Positions 60,108 through 64,000 of a stretch of DNA of 64,000 nt are shown here, piece by piece. Under the pieces are notes generated by a model. That model was not told the DNA's origin. It ran no database searches and saw only the letters and a program-made list of their open reading frames with translations. Position 1 is the first letter of the stretch; every line of letters begins with the position of its first letter. The DNA is from Sulfurimonadaceae bacterium (GTDB lineage: Bacteria > Campylobacterota > Campylobacteria > Campylobacterales > Sulfurimonadaceae): the NCBI GenBank assembly GCA_041562555.1, contig JBFEXS010000002.1, positions 17,368 to 81,367 of the forward strand. Reading direction: 5' to 3'. Made by a program: the position numbers and the translations under genes.

Positions 60108-61675
60108 CAATGTGCGTATTCTACACTTCTGCTTTCGCGAATGACATTGACTTTGATATCTCCCGGAAAGCTCATCTTTGCCTCGATCTCTTTGGCGATC
60201 TCTTTCGCCAAAAGTGAAGATTCATCATCATTCAGCAACTGAGCATTGACGATAACCCTGACTTCCCTTCCCGCATTGATGGCATAGGCCTGTTTAACAC
60301 CATGTTTTTCCGAAGCGATCTCTTCGATCTCACTGACCCGTTTGAGGTAGGATTCCAAGACTTCACGTCTAGCCCCGGGTCTGGCGGCGGAGAGTGCATC
60401 TCCTGCACATACCGCCGCGCACTCAATACTCTTGATCTCTTCAAGTCCGTGGTGAGCTGGGATGGCATTGAGTACGACAGGGTCTTCATTATAGCTTTTT
60501 GCCAGTTCAAGTCCCAGATCAACATGGTTGCCACCTTTGTCGTGGGTCAATGCCTTACCAATATCATGCAGCAGCCCTGCTCTCTTGGCCAGTAATTCGT
60601 CTCCTCCAAGTTCAGCGGCGATAATACCTGCAAGATTAGCGACTTCCAGGGTATGTGCCAAAGCATTTTGCCCATAGGAAGCACGATAGCGCAAACGTCC
60701 GATCAACTTAAGAAGCTCGGGATGGATTCCCGAAAGACCCATCTCTCGTGCTATCTGTTCACCTTCATCCAGTATGGAAGCTTCAAACTCGTTGGTCACT
60801 TTTTCAAAGATCTCTTCTATGCGTGCGGGCTGTATACGTCCATCTTCGATCAAAAGCTCGATTGTTCGTGTCGCGATCGCTCGTCTGTAAAGATTGAAAC
60901 TGCTGAGGATGATCGCATTTGGCGTCTCGTCAATGATGATATCTACCCCTAAAAGCAGTTCAAGGGTCTTGATATTACGCCCTTCTTTACCGATAATACG
61001 GCCTTTTAGATCATCATCATTAAGATGTACTGTATTGACCAATCGCTCAGAAGCAAACTCTCCTGCAAAACGTGAGGTCGCCTGAGCCAAGATATAGTTC
61101 GCTTTGCGCTGAGCTTCATCTTTAGCCTCTTGCTCATACTTACGCACGATATGAGATATCTCGGCACGAGCATCCTCTTCTACCTTGCGTAAGAGCATCT
61201 CTTTCGCTTCTTCACGGGTCAGACCCGCACCACTTTCTATAATTTTCACCGCTTCGTTCGAACGGTTTAAGTAATCTTCTTTTTGTCTCTCCATAGAACG
61301 TGTGGCACGTTCTAACTGCAGGTTAATATTGTCAGTCTTCGCAGCTTCTATCTTGATACGGCGAAGCTGTTCTTCTTTAAATTCGGCAAAACTCAACTCT
61401 TTGTTCTCAAGCTCTTGAAACTTTGTCTTTAAAGAAGCCTGTGCTTCTTCTACCGCTTCATCGAATCTTTTCTGAGCCTTTGTATTGATCTCCTCGGCTT
61501 TAAAAGTCGCCTTATGAAGTAAAAGTTCTGCTTCTGAATCTATTGCCTTTGCTTTCGCTCTTGCTTGTTCAACAAGGGCATCAAACTGTGCGCTGCTTAA
61601 TTTTTTGGAGATAAAAAATCCGATTACTCCGCTGACGGTAGCTATACCACCGCCTAAGAGAATCTGATCTAACAT
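60107..61675 (-). CDS. rny: ribonuclease Y
   Basis: N-terminal TM, coiled coil, KH (KGRIIGKEGRNI), HD (LLHDIGK), SAARPGAR. Confidence 0.97.
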   Translation of the reverse strand: MLDQILLGGGIATVSGVIGFFISKKLSSAQFDALVEQARAKAKAIDSEAELLLHKATFKAEEINTKAQKRFDEAVEEAQASLKTKFQELENKELSFAEFKEEQLRRIKIEAAKTDNINLQLERATRSMERQKEDYLNRSNEAVKIIESGAGLTREEAKEMLLRKVEEDARAEISHIVRKYEQEAKDEAQRKANYILAQATSRFAGEFASERLVNTVHLNDDDLKGRIIGKEGRNIKTLELLLGVDIIIDETPNAIILSSFNLYRRAIATRTIELLIEDGRIQPARIEEIFEKVTNEFEASILDEGEQIAREMGLSGIHPELLKLIGRLRYRASYGQNALAHTLEVANLAGIIAAELGGDELLAKRAGLLHDIGKALTHDKGGNHVDLGLELAKSYNEDPVVLNAIPAHHGLEEIKSIECAAVCAGDALSAARPGARREVLESYLKRVSEIEEIASEKHGVKQAYAINAGREVRVIVNAQLLNDDESSLLAKEIAKEIEAKMSFPGDIKVNVIRESRSVEYAH

Positions 61676-62231
61676 CGTGTTTCCTATATTTTATCGTTTT
61701 TGGAGTCATATAAATATCAGCTTGGACATCATAATGGTCTGTCACTTCTTGATGACAGATACACTCATCTAGCTGAACAAAGATCGTGATGGGTTTTCTG
61801 GCAAGTCTCGAAAAAAATCTATCATACATGCCCTTACCAAAACCAACTCGCTTCGCTTCCGTATCTACTCCGACTACGGGAACAATGGCGACATCCACCT
61901 CTTTGATTGTCTTGTTTGTGTTGTTTGGCTCACTTACACCGAAGTCTCCTCGGCTAAGCGGCAGTCTGTATGGTACCATCTTAAAACTTTCGCCCACCAT
62001 AAACGGAACATAACATTTTTTAATACTTCTTTTTTGCTTTTGTAATAATTGTGTCAGATCGACTTCAAAGTCAAGAGGGAGGTAAAATAGAAGGGAAGCC
62101 GGCTGAATCTGATCAAGAATCTTCTCCAATTCGAATTGCAGACGATGTTCCTGACTTTTTTTGCGGATATTTGTGGCAGCTCTTAATCTTTTCATACAGA
62201 GTTTTCGAAATGATGCCTTGTCTATACTCAC
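61581..62231 (-). CDS. ygfA: 5-formyltetrahydrofolate cyclo-ligase
   Basis: EVD, EP, IVPVVG.D....RVGFGKGMYDRF. Confidence 0.92.
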   Translation of the reverse strand: MSIDKASFRKLCMKRLRAATNIRKKSQEHRLQFELEKILDQIQPASLLFYLPLDFEVDLTQLLQKQKRSIKKCYVPFMVGESFKMVPYRLPLSRGDFGVSEPNNTNKTIKEVDVAIVPVVGVDTEAKRVGFGKGMYDRFFSRLARKPITIFVQLDECICHQEVTDHYDVQADIYMTPKTIKYRKHDVRSDSLRRWYSYRQRSNRIFYLQKIKQRTV

Positions 62232-62336
62232 ATTAAGCCTTAATATTATAATATCTCATATCTTTCGTGTGATGGTATGAGACATACACACGTATATAAA
62301 GTAATATATCAACAATATATCAAAAGGACTGTATAA

Positions 62337-62891
62337 ATGTCATTAAAAAACATCGTGATTGTTCTAGGTGCGATTTTCATCTTGGCAGCATGTAGTGATT
62401 CCACCCAAGACGGTGGCTTAAACTCTCTGGTATCCTCCTCTTCCTATGATCTCAAGGATCTGCAGGACATAGAGTATGAGGTCGTCAAAGAGGGACACAA
62501 CTTCTCAGTCAGGGGATATGAGGACAAGGTGATCATCTTTGATATCTTTGCAACGTGGTGTCCGCCTTGCCGTGCTGCTGCACCGAACCTTGCCGCTTTG
62601 CAGAAAAAACACACCAAAGACCTTAAGATCATCGGTGTACTTATTGAAGAAGACAAATCAAATGAGTATGTACAACGGTTTGTTGATACCTACGGTGCCG
62701 ATTATTCTATCTCCAATGCAGACGACAACAGAGACCTTTCCCGTGCTATAGCAACCGCAATCGAGGTAGGCCAAAGTTTCCCGATTCCCCTGATGGTGAT
62801 GTATTACAAAGGTAAATACATCAACCACTATGTCGGCGCGATACCTGAAGAGATGGTAGAGAGCGATATTGAACGTGCACTTGGAAAATAG
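62337..62891 (+). CDS. TlpA-like thioredoxin-fold lipoprotein
   Basis: lipobox LAAC, FATWCPPC, IP cis-Pro loop. Confidence 0.9.
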   Translation: MSLKNIVIVLGAIFILAACSDSTQDGGLNSLVSSSSYDLKDLQDIEYEVVKEGHNFSVRGYEDKVIIFDIFATWCPPCRAAAPNLAALQKKHTKDLKIIGVLIEEDKSNEYVQRFVDTYGADYSISNADDNRDLSRAIATAIEVGQSFPIPLMVMYYKGKYINHYVGAIPEEMVESDIERALGK

Positions 62892-62894
62892 TTC

Positions 62895-63779
62895 ATGCTA
62901 GGATTTTTTAAAAAAGGGCTTAGCCGTACTGCTGAGGCGATCCGTACGGTTGTTCCCAAAAAAAAGATAAAGATATCCAAAGATGAACTTGAGGATATCC
63001 TGCTTGAGTCTGACGTACATTACGACCTTATTGAGAAGATCCTTTCAGAGATCCCTTATGATGAAGTCAAACGGGAACATCTTGAGTCTAAGCTTCTCGC
63101 CTGTTTCAATTGGGCGTATTATGATGAAAAAGAGTATGAAGCACCGAAAGTCGAACTGATCATCGGTGTCAACGGTGCCGGCAAGACAACAACCATTTCC
63201 AAACTCGCACAAAAGTACAAGAGTGATGGGAAACAGGTGATGCTCGGAGCTGCAGACACCTTCAGGGCTGCCGCTATCGAACAATTGACACGATGGGCCG
63301 ATAGACTTGAGGTTCCCATCGTAGCAACGAAACAAGGACATGATCCTTCAGCTGTCGCCTTTGATGCGATTGCTTCGGCAAAGGCAAAGAACTTTGACAA
63401 TGTCATCATCGATACTGCAGGTCGTCTGCATACCCAGACCAACCTGGCCAATGAGCTTAAAAAGATCGTACGTATCTGTGACAAGGCCCATGCCGGAGCC
63501 CCTCATGACAAGATCCTTATCCTTGACGGGACTCAGGGAAATTCGGCGATCGACCAGGCCCGTGCCTTTAATGAGATGGTCGATATCGACGGTATCATCA
63601 TCACCAAGCTTGACGGGACAGCCAAAGGCGGATCGGTCTTCTCCATCGCCTTTGCCCTGGAACTTCCTATCCTCTATATCGGTGTCGGTGAGACTCCCGA
63701 TGATCTGGTGAAGTTTGACAAGCATGAGTTTGTTTCTGACTTCCTGGATGCGATCTTTGTCGAGGAAGAAGAAAAATAG
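62895..63779 (+). CDS. ftsY: signal recognition particle receptor
   Basis: GVNGAGKTTT, ADTFRAAA, DTAGR, TKLDGTAKGG. Confidence 0.98.
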   Translation: MLGFFKKGLSRTAEAIRTVVPKKKIKISKDELEDILLESDVHYDLIEKILSEIPYDEVKREHLESKLLACFNWAYYDEKEYEAPKVELIIGVNGAGKTTTISKLAQKYKSDGKQVMLGAADTFRAAAIEQLTRWADRLEVPIVATKQGHDPSAVAFDAIASAKAKNFDNVIIDTAGRLHTQTNLANELKKIVRICDKAHAGAPHDKILILDGTQGNSAIDQARAFNEMVDIDGIIITKLDGTAKGGSVFSIAFALELPILYIGVGETPDDLVKFDKHEFVSDFLDAIFVEEEEK

Positions 63780-63810
63780 CCCCACACGATGTAGGGCTAT
63801 TGCTTTTTTT
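63775..63810 (+). terminator. intrinsic terminator after ftsY
   Basis: AATAGCCC...GGGCTATT followed by GCTTTTTTT. Confidence 0.75.
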
Positions 63811-64000
63811 GACAAATACTCCTACATTGCGTATGAATAACGACCAATGATCCAATATCCCCGCATCACTCCATCCCAGAATCATCCGAAAATTTGTCTT
63901 TTTGAGCCAAATAACGGCTATTTTCTTCCATATCACTACATTCTGTATGTTAGATAATATGTATATTTCAGTATTAATCCTATAAAGTGTTGGATATTAA

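Noticed and set aside
62232..62336. 6S RNA upstream of ygfA
   Set aside because: Only 105 nt with divergent promoters and one 9-bp hairpin; too short for 6S
63667..63936. 89-aa minus-strand ORF after ftsY
   Set aside because: It overlaps ftsY and its terminator; no motif or SD

Overview
Gene-dense chromosomal window from a Campylobacterota (epsilonproteobacterial) bacterium, most like the Sulfurovum/Sulfurimonas group, judged from gene order (cytochrome c/folD-lepB, rpiB-apt-trpB-pepA-ychF, aroB-mscS-mtaB-ftsH-like-bioV-mog, ygfA-rny, tlpA-ftsY) and TATAAT-dominated promoters. It holds about 58 CDS, mostly housekeeping. I saw no rRNA, tRNA, CRISPR array, transposase or integrase. Points of most interest: (1) a translationally coupled MerR - Aas (MFS/acyltransferase/acyl-ACP synthetase) - acid-ceramidase/NAAA-like Ntn hydrolase unit, followed by dgkA and preceded by a perfect 15-bp inverted repeat that contains the -35 box, a candidate amide-lipid salvage or remodelling system; (2) a 370-aa protein with no cysteines that aligns by eye with SdhB at its N-terminus and with the CCG-domain SdhE at its C-terminus, both encoded in this window; (3) an in-frame TAA at codon 52 of frdA in an otherwise intact frdCAB, near a Tat-less sdhABE; (4) putA-putP-proB, which couples proline catabolism to the first proline biosynthesis step behind a sigma54-like site; (5) YfiR coupled to a histidine kinase and a REC-GGDEF-EAL protein instead of YfiN; (6) a Zn-finger methyltransferase wedged inside the carboxyspermidine operon; (7) a small AT-rich islet with two unassigned genes. 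All family calls come from motif recognition by eye; no database searches were run.
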